A DNA stretch of 32,089 bases from an uncultured Oscillospiraceae bacterium (lineage in GTDB: Bacteria; Bacillota; Clostridia; Oscillospirales; Oscillospiraceae). The notes under the pieces were generated by a model. It saw only the letters and a list, made by a program, of their open reading frames with translations, made no database searches and was not told where the DNA came from. A program made the translations under genes and the position numbers. The DNA is taken from the NCBI GenBank assembly GCA_964471315.1, contig CAYYGF010000002.1, forward strand, positions 1 to 32,089, written 5' to 3'. Positions 16,247 to 25,306 of this stretch are shown here, one piece after another; position 1 is the first letter of the stretch; each line of letters starts with the position of its first letter.

Positions 16247-17125
16247 TTATCCCAGCAGGGCGAAATACAGCAGAACCACCACGCCCAGCACGATCCGGTA
16301 CACACCGAACACGGAGAAGGAGTGGTTGCGGACATACTCCATCAGCGCCTTGATGACCACCAGGCTCACCAGGAAGGACACCACGCAGCCCACCACCAGC
16401 ACGCCGATCTCCGTGCCTGTGGCGCTGACGCCGGACAGCAGGAATTTAAGCCCTTTGATGGCGGAGGCGCCCAGCATGGTGGGGATCGCCATGAAGAAGG
16501 AAAACTCCGCGCCGGCGCTGCGGCCTACGCCGATCAAAATGGCGCCCAAAATGGTGGAGCCGGACCGGGAGGTGCCGGGAATCAGACTCAAGCACTGGAA
16601 CAGGCCGATGAACAGCGCCGTTTGGTAAGAAATGTCGTATACATCATTGACGGATTGTTCTTTCAATCTGGCGACGGTAACGCCATCCTTTGTGGAAATC
16701 CGCTGGAATTTTCCCCGGGTGTTTCTCTGCTCCACCAGGATGAAGGCGATGCCGTAGACGATCAAGGCGATGGAGACCACCACCGCGTTATGCAGGTGCT
16801 CGTCCATCCAGTCATCGAACAGCACGCCGACGATCCCCGAGGGGAGGATTGCCACGATGACCTTGAACCAAAGCTGCCAGGTTTGCTTCTTTTCCCCGGC
16901 GGATTTGCTGGGAGAAAAGGGGTTGAGCTTATGGAAGAACAGCACGATCACCGCCAGGATGGCCCCCAGCTGGATGACCACATCAAACATACTCTTGAAC
17001 GCATCGGAAACATTCAGTGTCACAAATTCGTCCAGCAGGATCAGATGTCCCGTGGAGGAAATGGGCAGCCATTCCGTGACCCCTTCCACAATGCCAAAGA
17101 GGATGGCTTTTAATAATTCAATCAT
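16247..17125 (-). CDS. uppP: Undecaprenyl-diphosphate phosphatase (BacA/UppP)
   Basis: GIVEGVTEWLPISSTGHL, IQLGAILAV, PGTSRSGSTI, AEFSFF, F..YR; start ATG 17125. Confidence 0.96.
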   Translation of the reverse strand: MIELLKAILFGIVEGVTEWLPISSTGHLILLDEFVTLNVSDAFKSMFDVVIQLGAILAVIVLFFHKLNPFSPSKSAGEKKQTWQLWFKVIVAILPSGIVGVLFDDWMDEHLHNAVVVSIALIVYGIAFILVEQRNTRGKFQRISTKDGVTVARLKEQSVNDVYDISYQTALFIGLFQCLSLIPGTSRSGSTILGAILIGVGRSAGAEFSFFMAIPTMLGASAIKGLKFLLSGVSATGTEIGVLVVGCVVSFLVSLVVIKALMEYVRNHSFSVFGVYRIVLGVVVLLYFALLG

Positions 17126-17198
17126 AACGTTACGTTGTTCCTTTCCAAGTACGCTCTTGCCCTTATGTAAATCAAGAGGCAAGATTTGTTCCTTACCT

Positions 17199-17227
17199 AT
17201 CATATCCTATCTTCCCTATATTTGCAA
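17199..17227 (-). promoter_or_regulatory. SigA-type promoter of uppP
   Basis: TTGCAA-N17-TATGAT on the minus strand. Confidence 0.65.
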
Positions 17228-17241
17228 GTGAAACTTCCCTG

Positions 17242-17305
17242 TTCACAAATTCGGGTGGTAGACTTTACAAATTGTTCACTTCAATTCCGCATTTTGCGTT
17301 ATAAT
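17242..17305 (+). promoter_or_regulatory. Promoter of the two-component operon with phased direct repeats
   Basis: TATAAT 17300-05 without a good -35; TTCACAAATT 17242, TTTACAAATT 17264, TTCACT 17275 (22- and 11-bp phasing). Confidence 0.55.
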
Positions 17306-17347
17306 AAGGAAAAAGGAAAAGAATACGCTTTTAGGAGGATCTTGATC

Positions 17348-18034
17348 ATGGCTGTTTCTGTTTTGATTGTGGAGGACGACCGCAATATCGCGGAGCTTCT
17401 GCAAATGTATCTGGAAAAGGAGGGCTACGCCGTCACCGTAGCCGGGGACGGCGGCCAGGGTCTGGCCAAATTCCGGGCCATCAAGCCGGATCTGGTGCTG
17501 CTGGATGTGATGATGCCGGTGATGGACGGTTGGACGGTGTGCAAGACCATTCGTGCTGAAGCCCAAACCCCCATCATCATGCTCACCGCCAAGGGGGAAA
17601 CCGATGACAAGGTCACGGGCCTGAAAAACGGCGCCGACGACTACATCACCAAGCCCTTTGAAATGAAGGAGGTTCTGGCCCGGATTGAGGCGGTGCTGCG
17701 GCGCACCTCCGGGGTCACCACCGAGAAGAAGGCCCGGCGGCTGGTGTTCGATAAGCTGATTATTGACATGGATGCCTTCGAGCTGACCGTGGACGGCAAG
17801 AAAATCGACACCCCTCCCAAGGAGATGGAGCTGCTGTACTATCTTGCCTCCTCTCCCAACCGGGTCTACACCCGCAACCAGCTGCTGGACGAGGTGTGGG
17901 GCTTCGACTACTTCGGCGACTCCCGCACCGTGGACGTTCACGTCAAGCGCCTGCGGGAAAAGCTGGAGGGTGTCAGCGACCAGTGGAGCTTAAAAACCGT
18001 CTGGGGCGTGGGTTATAAGTTCGAGGTGCTGTAA
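17348..18034 (+). CDS. OmpR/PhoB-family response regulator
   Basis: LIVEDD, LLDVMMP, MLTAK, GADDYITKPF, RTVDVHVKRLREKL, TVWGVGYKF; RBS AGGAGG. Confidence 0.96.
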   Translation: MAVSVLIVEDDRNIAELLQMYLEKEGYAVTVAGDGGQGLAKFRAIKPDLVLLDVMMPVMDGWTVCKTIRAEAQTPIIMLTAKGETDDKVTGLKNGADDYITKPFEMKEVLARIEAVLRRTSGVTTEKKARRLVFDKLIIDMDAFELTVDGKKIDTPPKEMELLYYLASSPNRVYTRNQLLDEVWGFDYFGDSRTVDVHVKRLREKLEGVSDQWSLKTVWGVGYKFEVL

Positions 18035-18036
18035 GG

Positions 18037-19461
18037 ATGAAAACCTCCTTCAGCCGTAACTTCACCACGGCTGCCACAATCCTTCTGCTGGCCTTGACCA
18101 TTCTGGGCGCCTCCTTTCAGTACCAGGTCAAGCAGTTTCTCATTGATTCCACGGTTTCCGGACTTCAGCAGGACGCCCAGGTGATTTCCAATCTGGCCGC
18201 GTCCTATACCGTCAACGGCAATCTGAACAGCCGGGAATTTCTGCTGAATCTGGACATTATCTCCCAGGTTACGGATTCCGACGCGGTGATCTGCGATGAC
18301 AGCGGCATCATCACCCACTGCTCCGACTCCATCACCGGTTGCGAGCACCAGGGCTTACAGATGAATCGGGAATATCTGCAAAAGGTCATCGAAAACAACG
18401 GGGACACCGCCTGCGGTGTGATCGAGGGCCTATATGAGGGCGAGCGGTATGTGGTATCCGTGCCCATTGTCAGCGACGGCGGCACCTCGGGGATCGTCAT
18501 CGTCTCCACCCCCACCATCCAGACGACCCAGATTCTCAACCGGATCTCCAACATTTTCCTCACCGCCTCGGTCTTTGTGGTGTTGATTTCCGTCCTGGCG
18601 GTCACCGCCTTTGCCCGGCGGGAAAGCCGTCCTCTGCGGGAAATGGCAAAAGCGGCCACAGACTTCGGCCACGGCAACCTGGAAGCCCGGGTGCGGGTGG
18701 AGGAGGATTATTCCGAGGAAATGGAGGAGCTGGCTCTGGCCTTCAACAACATGGCCTGCTCCCTGCAAAAGAGCGAATACCAGCGTCAGGAGTTCGTGGC
18801 CAACGTCTCCCACGAGCTGAAAACCCCCATGACCACCATCTCCGGCTATATCGACGGTATCTTGGACGGCACCATCCCCCCGGAGCGGCAGAAGCACTAT
18901 CTGCAGATCGTCTCCGACGAAACAAAGCGCCTCAGCCGCCTGGTGCGCAGTATGCTGGATATTTCCCAGCTGCAAAAGGAGGAGGGCATCCCCGAGGAAA
19001 AGAAGATGCATTTCGACCTGGAGGAATGCGCCGGACAGGTGCTGATTACCTTCGAGAAGAAGATCAACGACAAGCATTTGAACGTGGATGTGGAGATGCC
19101 GGAGCATCCGGTGTATACCATGGCCAACCAGGACTACATCACCCAGGTGATCTACAACCTTCTGGACAACGCAGTGAAATTCTGTCCCGATGGGGGACAT
19201 CTGGGGCTGTCCATCCGGGAAGGCGGCAGCAAGGCCTATGTCTCCATCTCCAACGATGGCGACACCATCCCGCCGGAGGAGCTGCCTCTGGTATTCGACC
19301 GGTTCCACAAGCTGGACAAGTCCCGCTCCCAGAACCGGGACGGCTGGGGCCTGGGGCTGTACATCGTCAAAACCATCGTATGCAGCCACGGAGAAAATAT
19401 CTCCGTCAGCAGTAAGGACGGAAAGACGGAATTCACCTTCACCATGCCCTTGGTTACTTGA
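18037..19461 (+). CDS. HAMP-domain sensor histidine kinase
   Basis: Two TM segments, HAMP, ANVSHELKTPMT H-box, NLLDNAVKF, FDRF, GLGLYIVK. Confidence 0.96.
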   Translation: MKTSFSRNFTTAATILLLALTILGASFQYQVKQFLIDSTVSGLQQDAQVISNLAASYTVNGNLNSREFLLNLDIISQVTDSDAVICDDSGIITHCSDSITGCEHQGLQMNREYLQKVIENNGDTACGVIEGLYEGERYVVSVPIVSDGGTSGIVIVSTPTIQTTQILNRISNIFLTASVFVVLISVLAVTAFARRESRPLREMAKAATDFGHGNLEARVRVEEDYSEEMEELALAFNNMACSLQKSEYQRQEFVANVSHELKTPMTTISGYIDGILDGTIPPERQKHYLQIVSDETKRLSRLVRSMLDISQLQKEEGIPEEKKMHFDLEECAGQVLITFEKKINDKHLNVDVEMPEHPVYTMANQDYITQVIYNLLDNAVKFCPDGGHLGLSIREGGSKAYVSISNDGDTIPPEELPLVFDRFHKLDKSRSQNRDGWGLGLYIVKTIVCSHGENISVSSKDGKTEFTFTMPLVT

Positions 19462-19480
19462 GCACAAGCGAGGTTTTTCT

Positions 19481-20740
19481 ATGGACAAACGCAAGGATTA
19501 TGAATATGACTGGGACGACTCCGTTTACGGCACCGGCCGGACAGATCCCCCCAAGAGCCGGGTAGGGCTGATCGCCGTGATGTTGATTCTGGTGATTTTC
19601 TTGTGCGGCGTGATCACCGTTCTGGGGATTCTGAATGTGAGGCTGTTCCACCAGCTGAAAGTTCAGCAGGAGAAAAATCTCGCCATGTCCTTCAGCAACG
19701 CGGAAACCCTGCCCGAGGAAACGGAAGCCGTTATTCCGGAAACGGAGCCTGAGCAGTCCCGTGCGGCCCAGAGCAGCACTCTGAATCTGCACAGCGCCCC
19801 GAAGGGAATCGAGAACATCCCCACCGACGGCGGGCTTTCTCTCCAGGAAATTTATGCCCAGAACATCCCCTCGGTGGTGTCCATCAACTGCGGCCTTTCC
19901 AACGGCACCTCCAGCGGCACCGGAGTCGTGCTGACCCAGGACGGCCTGCTGGTGACCAACGCCCATGTGGTGGATGGGGCATCCACCATCACCGTCCGGC
20001 TTACCGATGAGCGGGAGTTCAACGCCCGGATCGTGGGCCGCGATGAGTTGTCCGATCTGGCGGTGCTGCGCATTCCGGCAGAGAATCTGACCCCTGCCCA
20101 GTTCGGCGACAGCTCTACCTTGCGCGTGGGCGACACGGTGGTGGCCATTGGCGATCCTTTGGGTGTGGAATTCCGGGGCACCTATACCAACGGCATCATC
20201 TCCGGTATTGACCGGGATGTGGATGTGGACGGGCGCACCATGACGCTGATTCAGACCAACGCGGCGCTGAACTCCGGCAATTCCGGCGGCCCGCTGATCA
20301 ACTGCTACGGCCAGGTCATTGGCATCAACACCATGAAAATCGGCGCCTTTACCGACAAAGCCGGTGTGGAGGGACTGGGCTTCGCCATTCCCAGCGCCAC
20401 GGTGAAGACCATTGTAGATCAGCTGATCGTCCAGGGCTATGTCTCCGGACGGCCCACGCTGGGCATCACCGGCGAGGCCCTGTCCACCTTCTACCAGCAC
20501 TATTACCGCCTGCCGGCGGGATTGTATATCACCCATGTGGCCAGAGGCAGCGATGCCGCCGCCAAGGGCATTGAGGACGGAGATCTGCTGCTGAGCATCA
20601 ACGGCACCGCCGTTACCACCATGGACGAGCTGAAATCCGTCATTTACCAATACCAGGTAGGCCAAACTGTGGAGGTGGTCATCTTCCGGGGCGGCCAGCA
20701 ATACCTGGCAGAGCTGACCCTGTCCGAGGACAGAGGCTAG
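19481..20740 (+). CDS. htrA: HtrA/DegP-like membrane-anchored serine protease with one PDZ domain
   Basis: Start ATG 19481; N-terminal TM, TNAHVV, DLAVL, IQTNAALNSGNSGGPL triad motifs, GLGFAIP, C-terminal PDZ. Confidence 0.92.
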   Translation: MDKRKDYEYDWDDSVYGTGRTDPPKSRVGLIAVMLILVIFLCGVITVLGILNVRLFHQLKVQQEKNLAMSFSNAETLPEETEAVIPETEPEQSRAAQSSTLNLHSAPKGIENIPTDGGLSLQEIYAQNIPSVVSINCGLSNGTSSGTGVVLTQDGLLVTNAHVVDGASTITVRLTDEREFNARIVGRDELSDLAVLRIPAENLTPAQFGDSSTLRVGDTVVAIGDPLGVEFRGTYTNGIISGIDRDVDVDGRTMTLIQTNAALNSGNSGGPLINCYGQVIGINTMKIGAFTDKAGVEGLGFAIPSATVKTIVDQLIVQGYVSGRPTLGITGEALSTFYQHYYRLPAGLYITHVARGSDAAAKGIEDGDLLLSINGTAVTTMDELKSVIYQYQVGQTVEVVIFRGGQQYLAELTLSEDRG

Positions 20741-20824
20741 GCCGCCAGTGGCGGCGGACAATACGTGCGAAAGCCGGGTAATAATCGCCCTACCTTGGGC
20801 ACCGCGCGGTTATCGCGCCTGCGG

Positions 20825-21027
20825 AAATTGTAATTTGGCGGCGTAAAGGCTCCCCTAAAAGGGGAGCTGTCCCAGCGAAAGCTGGGACTGAGGGGTGATT
20901 CAAAAGTTTGTTGACAACAAACTTTTTGGTGATTTGCTCCGCAAATCACACACCCTTCCGAGCCGCCTTACGGCGGCCCACCTCCCCTTTCAGGGGAGGC
21001 TTTGGCTGGTTCTACAAACTACAATTT
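20825..21027. repeat. Non-coding multi-hairpin palindromic element (REPIN/MITE-like)
   Basis: 13-bp terminal inverted repeats AAATTGTARTTTG; two inverted ~52-bp units (20845-20897, 20951-21003), each with two hairpins; two further hairpins in the spacer. Confidence 0.75.
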
Positions 21028-21101
21028 AGCAAACAAAGAAATGATACCGAGCGGGCCGTGCCCGCTGTCAGTATTTCTTAATTTAGATTGGGGTAATTAC
21101 T

Positions 21102-21839
21102 ATGGAACCGATTTATCAACAAGATTTTGAGATCACCGATGTGCATGTGGATCGATATGGGCGGCTGCGGCCGTCCATGATTTTGTACTTTGCCCAGGAG
21201 ATCGCCGGGATGCATTGCACAGAGCTGGCAGTGGACAGCGACATCCTGGCCCAACGGCGGCTGTTCTGGGCGGTAACCCGACATCGGGTTCAGGTCAGCC
21301 GGATGCCCATGCGGGGAGAGAAGCTGCACATCGAAACCTGGCCCATGCCCACCACCCGGGTGGCCTACCCCCGGAGCATGGTGGCCTATGACCAGCAGGG
21401 CCAGGAGTGTTTCCGCTCCATCAGCCTGTGGGTGCTGATGGATCTGGACACCCGGAATATGATTCTTCCCGGCAAAAGCGGCATTTCTGTGGTGGGCACT
21501 CTCCGGGGCAACGAGCTGCCCAGCCCCACCGGACTGATTGCCAAGCCTCTGGGCAGCCAGCGTCAGCGGGACGTGTGCTTTACCGACCTGGATCGCAACG
21601 GCCATATGAACAACACCCGCTACTTGGACTGGATTGCGGATCTGCTGCCCAGCTCCTTCCACGGCCAGCACACCCCGAAGGAATTCACCGTCTGCTACCT
21701 CAGCGAAGCCCGGGAGGGCCAGACACTGAACCTGCAATGGGATTTCATCGAGGACGGGTGTCTGCAGGTAGACGGCCATCGAATGACCGCAGAGAATGCC
21801 GATGAACGGGTGTTCTCCGCCCGGATTCTGTTCGATTAA
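21102..21839 (+). CDS. Acyl-ACP thioesterase (FatA/FatB-like double hot-dog)
   Basis: D.YGRL, QEIAG.H, W.V.R, IETW, DLDRNGHMNNTRY catalytic motif, Y..E. Confidence 0.9.
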   Translation: MEPIYQQDFEITDVHVDRYGRLRPSMILYFAQEIAGMHCTELAVDSDILAQRRLFWAVTRHRVQVSRMPMRGEKLHIETWPMPTTRVAYPRSMVAYDQQGQECFRSISLWVLMDLDTRNMILPGKSGISVVGTLRGNELPSPTGLIAKPLGSQRQRDVCFTDLDRNGHMNNTRYLDWIADLLPSSFHGQHTPKEFTVCYLSEAREGQTLNLQWDFIEDGCLQVDGHRMTAENADERVFSARILFD

Positions 21840-21888
21840 TATGGCTACCGCCGCGCATTCTGGCTATGCGAGAATACGCGGCGGTATT

Positions 21889-22269
21889 TCATCCCGCCAG
21901 CCTGTCCAGGCCCTTGCTTACCCAGCGGTACAGCACCATCGCCAGCAGGCTCAGCGGTATCCAGAGCAGCATAAACCTTGGGCAGATCTGACCCATCAGG
22001 TTTCCGGGCTGATCCCGGTAGTCCCAGACCTGGTAATTCCGGTTCACCAGCAGACCGGTGAGAAATTCCACGCAGGTGATGATCCCCGCGCCGCAGACCA
22101 TCTTCACCGGCCAGGCAAGCCGCAGTCTGTCCAGCTGCCCAATCAGCAGGAAGCACACGCCCCCCGCCGCAAACATGCTGATATGGCTGTGGCCCCGATA
22201 GAGTAGCTCCAGCGCAACATACCCGCCGCCGCCAATGCCAAAGAGGATGCTTTTTCGTACCCAGTCCAT
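21889..22269 (-). CDS. Small membrane protein of the putative ABC-transporter permease (DUF1113/CmpB-like) family
   Basis: GG..Y..LE..YRG.SH..M, E...G..VN, WDY...P.N..GQIC; RBS GAGGTG. Confidence 0.75.
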   Translation of the reverse strand: MDWVRKSILFGIGGGGYVALELLYRGHSHISMFAAGGVCFLLIGQLDRLRLAWPVKMVCGAGIITCVEFLTGLLVNRNYQVWDYRDQPGNLMGQICPRFMLLWIPLSLLAMVLYRWVSKGLDRLAG

Positions 22270-22326
22270 CCCATCACCTCATACGAAAGTGTTCCCAATT
22301 TTTTCTGGAAAAAACCGAAATTCCTC

Positions 22327-22355
22327 TTGACAAAACAGGGATCCTTGGATATAAT
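22327..22355 (+). promoter_or_regulatory. Perfect SigA consensus promoter of the tRNA pair
   Basis: TTGACA-N17-TATAAT. Confidence 0.92.
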
Positions 22356-22399
22356 AATAAAGCTGATTTCGGCGGTGCCGAAATCCTTTGACCACACAC

Positions 22400-22475
22400 G
22401 GCGGCATAACTCAGTTGGTAGAGTAGCCGGTTCATACCCGGTATGTCATCTGTTCGAATCAGATTGCCGCTACCA
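22400..22475 (+). tRNA. tRNA-Met (CAT), elongator type
   Basis: Full cloverleaf: GGCGGCA/TGCCGCT acceptor, GCCGG-TTCATAC-CCGGT anticodon arm, TTCGAAT T-loop, encoded CCA; lacks the initiator GGG/CCC anticodon-stem pairs. Confidence 0.92.
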
Positions 22476-22550
22476 GGCCCGTTGGTCAAGCGGTTAAGAC
22501 ACCGCCCTTTCACGGCGGTAACATGGGTTCGATTCCCGTACGGGTCACCA
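22476..22550 (+). tRNA. tRNA-Glu (TTC)
   Basis: GGCCCGT/ACGGGTC acceptor, CCGCC-CTTTCAC-GGCGG anticodon arm, GTTCGATTC, encoded CCA. Confidence 0.97.
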
Positions 22551-22554
22551 TGAG

Positions 22555-22588
22555 AAAAACCTCCTGCTTTCTAAGCGGGAGGTTTTTT
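22555..22588 (+). terminator. Intrinsic terminator of the tRNA operon
   Basis: AAAAACCTCCTGCTT-TCT-AAGCGGGAGGTTTTTT. Confidence 0.88.
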
Positions 22589-22594
22589 ATTGCA

Positions 22595-22634
22595 GAAAGA
22601 AACCACAGCCGCATGGGTTAACCATACGGCTGTG
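22595..22634 (-). terminator. Intrinsic terminator of the surface-protein gene
   Basis: CACAGCCGTATGG/CCATGCGGCTGTG stem plus T-rich tail on the minus strand, 5 nt after the stop. Confidence 0.75.
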
Positions 22635-22639
22635 TTCCT

Positions 22640-23833
22640 TTACAGAAGGTGCTTGTGCTTGGCAAAGACCAGTCCGGCAGTGCCGGTGAGGGAGACGAAC
22701 AGAATGCCCGCCCACAAACCGATGCTGTCACCGGTGGCGGGGTTGGTGTTCTCCTCGGCTACCCGGAAGCTGCCCTCGGCATCTCCATCGGGGTAGGAGA
22801 TCGCAATGGTATGCTTGCCCAGAGACAGTTTTTTCAAAAAGGCATTCTTCAGCGTGATGACGGAGCCGTCCTTGCTGACGGTGTAGTCGCTTTCCTTCAG
22901 CGCCTTGCCGTCCACCTTCAACCCGGTCACGGTGATGCCTGTCTGGTTGGTGGTGAAGGACAGGGTGTCCTTTCCCCCCTTCTGATACCAGGCGCCGCTG
23001 TCACCCTTGGTGATCTTGGGAGCTGTGTAGATGGTAAAGGGTACGTTGACCTGGCCGGTGTAGCCGCCCTGGCCTTTGACGATGACCTCCGCCTCGCCGG
23101 GCTTCTGGTTATTGCGGAATTCCAGGGTATAGTCCTTTCCCTGGGTCAGCGTGGTGCCGTCCACGGTGACGGTAACCTTGGGGGTAATGGGCTTTCCGGT
23201 ATACGCAAAGCGGCTGCCTTCCAGCGCAACATCCTTCGCCAGAATTTCCACAGGGGCAGGCGCCGTGATGGTAAATTCCAGGATCACCTCTCCGGTGTAG
23301 TCTCCCAACCCCCGAATCACGGCGGAAGCGGTACCGGGGTCGGTATTGTTCCGGAATTCCAGGGTGTAATCCTCGTCCCGAATCAAGGTCTGCCCCTCTA
23401 CAGTGACGGTAATCTCCGGCTCAATGGGGGAGCCGGTGCAGGGGAAGGACGTCCCCTCCATGGTTACATGGGTTCCCATCAACTCCACCGGTTCCTCCGG
23501 GGCGGGGAAAATGGTGAAGGGAATCTGGACGGTTCCGGAATAACCGGCGGTGGCAATGCCGGAAACGGTTACGGTTCCAGTGCCCACCTCTACGTTGTTC
23601 GTATATTCCAGGGTGTAGTCCTGATCCAGCGTCAGCAGATTCTGCTCCACCCGGACGGTGACGTTGGGGCGGATCTCGCTGCCGGTATAGGTAAATTCGG
23701 TTTCGTCCAGCGTGACGTGCTCTGTCTTCAGTTCTGTGATTTCCTGGGCATAGGTCGTCATGGGCAGGGCAGACAGGGCCAGAGCCAGCACCAGCGCCAT
23801 GGACAAGGCGCGCTTACGCGCGTTTCGGTTCAT
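22640..23833 (-). CDS. Secreted cell-wall-anchored protein with three Ig-like repeats, an X2-like domain and an NPATG sorting signal
   Basis: Signal peptide (...TYA-Q); 3x YTG..I.P.VTV...DYTLE..NN...G...GY.G.V...FTI; DYTV..DGSVITLKNAFL..L..G.H; NPATG + TM + basic tail. Confidence 0.85.
   Translation of the reverse strand: MNRNARKRALSMALVLALALSALPMTTYAQEITELKTEHVTLDETEFTYTGSEIRPNVTVRVEQNLLTLDQDYTLEYTNNVEVGTGTVTVSGIATAGYSGTVQIPFTIFPAPEEPVELMGTHVTMEGTSFPCTGSPIEPEITVTVEGQTLIRDEDYTLEFRNNTDPGTASAVIRGLGDYTGEVILEFTITAPAPVEILAKDVALEGSRFAYTGKPITPKVTVTVDGTTLTQGKDYTLEFRNNQKPGEAEVIVKGQGGYTGQVNVPFTIYTAPKITKGDSGAWYQKGGKDTLSFTTNQTGITVTGLKVDGKALKESDYTVSKDGSVITLKNAFLKKLSLGKHTIAISYPDGDAEGSFRVAEENTNPATGDSIGLWAGILFVSLTGTAGLVFAKHKHLL
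23024..23734 (-). repeat. Three tandem ~80-aa intragenic Ig-like repeats
   Basis: Protein residues about 34-110, 117-190 and 196-270 share DYTLE(Y/F).NN and FTI motifs; DNA TTCCAGGGT recurs at the corresponding positions. Confidence 0.8.
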
Positions 23834-24077
23834 GGTGAATGAATCCTCCTTAGGATGAGATACCGCTGCCGCCTCCGCGGCCGCAAGGAGCGTGGCAGCT
23901 TGGAGGAATCATAGCATATAGAAAACTTTTTGTCAATAAAATGATTGTAAACAATATAAAAACCGTCATAATACTAACTTTTTTACATATTTTGACAAGA
24001 TAGGAAGAAATCCGCCTTCTTTCGGCAAAAACTGCCACAGCCGCCCGGCAAGCAGCCAGGGCGGCAGTGGTATCTCC

Positions 24078-25265
24078 TTATTTTTCGCTCTGTGCCATCA
24101 GTTCCCCAAATACCGGCAGGCTCCGCTGGATCAGATCCAGGCTGACACAGTAGCACACCCGGAAATAGCCTGGGCAGCCGAAGCCGTCGCCGGGCACCAG
24201 CAGCAGATCCTTTTCCTTGGCCCGCTGGGAGAAGGCGTTGGCATCCCCGCCGGGAGCCTTGACGAACAGGTAGAACGCCCCATTCGGCTTGGCCATCTCG
24301 TAGCCCAGGGCTGTCAGTCCCTCGTACAGCGCCTTGCGGTTGCGGTCATAGCTGTCCAGATCCGGCCGCAGGTGGGCGCACCGGGCAATGACCTTCTGCC
24401 ACAGGCTGGGGGCGCAGACGTGCCCCGCTGACCGGGCCGCGCCGGCCACGGCAGCATAGAGCCGCTGGCTGTCCGCCGCGGCCTTCGGCACATACACATA
24501 GCCGATTCGCTCACCGGGCAGGGACAGGGATTTGGAATAGGAGTAGCAGATCAAGGTATCCGGGTACAGGTGGGGCACAAAGGGCACCTCCACGCCGTAA
24601 GCCAGCTCCCGATAAGGCTCATCGGAGATCAGATAAATGGGGTGGCCGAAATCCGCCGCCTTTTTCCCCAGGATCTCCCCCAGCGCAGCCAGGGTCTGGC
24701 GGGTATACACCACGCCGGAGGGATTGTTGGGGGAATTGATGAGCACCGCTTGGGTATGCGGCGTGAGCATTTCCTCCAGCCGGGGCAGATCGATCTGGAA
24801 GGAGGGCACATCCGGAGGAACCACCCGGAAGGATAGTCCCGCCTCCTCCACAAAGGGCTTGTACTCCGGGAAATAGGGGGCGATGGCCAAAATCTCCCCG
24901 CCGGGCACGGACAAAGCCCGGAACACACTGACCAGCTCCGGCGCGGCACCGCAGCCCAGGAAGAAATCCTCAGGGGCGGTAGACGCGCCGTAGCGAGCGT
25001 TTAGGTCATCGGAAATGGCCTTCCGGGCAGCATAGTCTCCCACGGCGGAGGTGTAGCCATGTACCAGCAGGGAATCGGTGTCGCTTAAAATATCCCGGAT
25101 GGCCTGGTCAACTTCCTTGGGGGAAGGGATCGAGGGGTTTCCCAGAGAGTAGTCAAACACATTCTCCCGTCCCACCACCGCGGCTCGCTGGCAGCCGTAT
25201 TCAAATAGATCCCGGATCACGGAGCGGTTTGCTCCCAGGGCATAGGCACGTTCGTTGAGCAACAT
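24078..25265 (-). CDS. PLP-dependent aminotransferase class I/II (aspartate aminotransferase-like)
   Basis: SLGNP, INSPNNPSG, ISDEPY, SYSKSLSLPGERIGY (PLP lysine), GAFY; second ATG (25265) fits GGAGG spacing better than 25268. Confidence 0.92.
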   Translation of the reverse strand: MLLNERAYALGANRSVIRDLFEYGCQRAAVVGRENVFDYSLGNPSIPSPKEVDQAIRDILSDTDSLLVHGYTSAVGDYAARKAISDDLNARYGASTAPEDFFLGCGAAPELVSVFRALSVPGGEILAIAPYFPEYKPFVEEAGLSFRVVPPDVPSFQIDLPRLEEMLTPHTQAVLINSPNNPSGVVYTRQTLAALGEILGKKAADFGHPIYLISDEPYRELAYGVEVPFVPHLYPDTLICYSYSKSLSLPGERIGYVYVPKAAADSQRLYAAVAGAARSAGHVCAPSLWQKVIARCAHLRPDLDSYDRNRKALYEGLTALGYEMAKPNGAFYLFVKAPGGDANAFSQRAKEKDLLLVPGDGFGCPGYFRVCYCVSLDLIQRSLPVFGELMAQSEK

Positions 25266-25306
25266 CATTACCTCCTAATAGAGAGATCAACTAAATGGAA
25301 GAACCG

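Noticed and set aside
20825-21027. CRISPR array or simple terminator
   Set aside because: No direct repeat-spacer periodicity; far more structure than a terminator needs
24078-25268. Aminotransferase as MtnE of methionine salvage
   Set aside because: About 10 kb from the mtn locus in a different operon, and the DHAP shunt makes no keto-methylthiobutyrate
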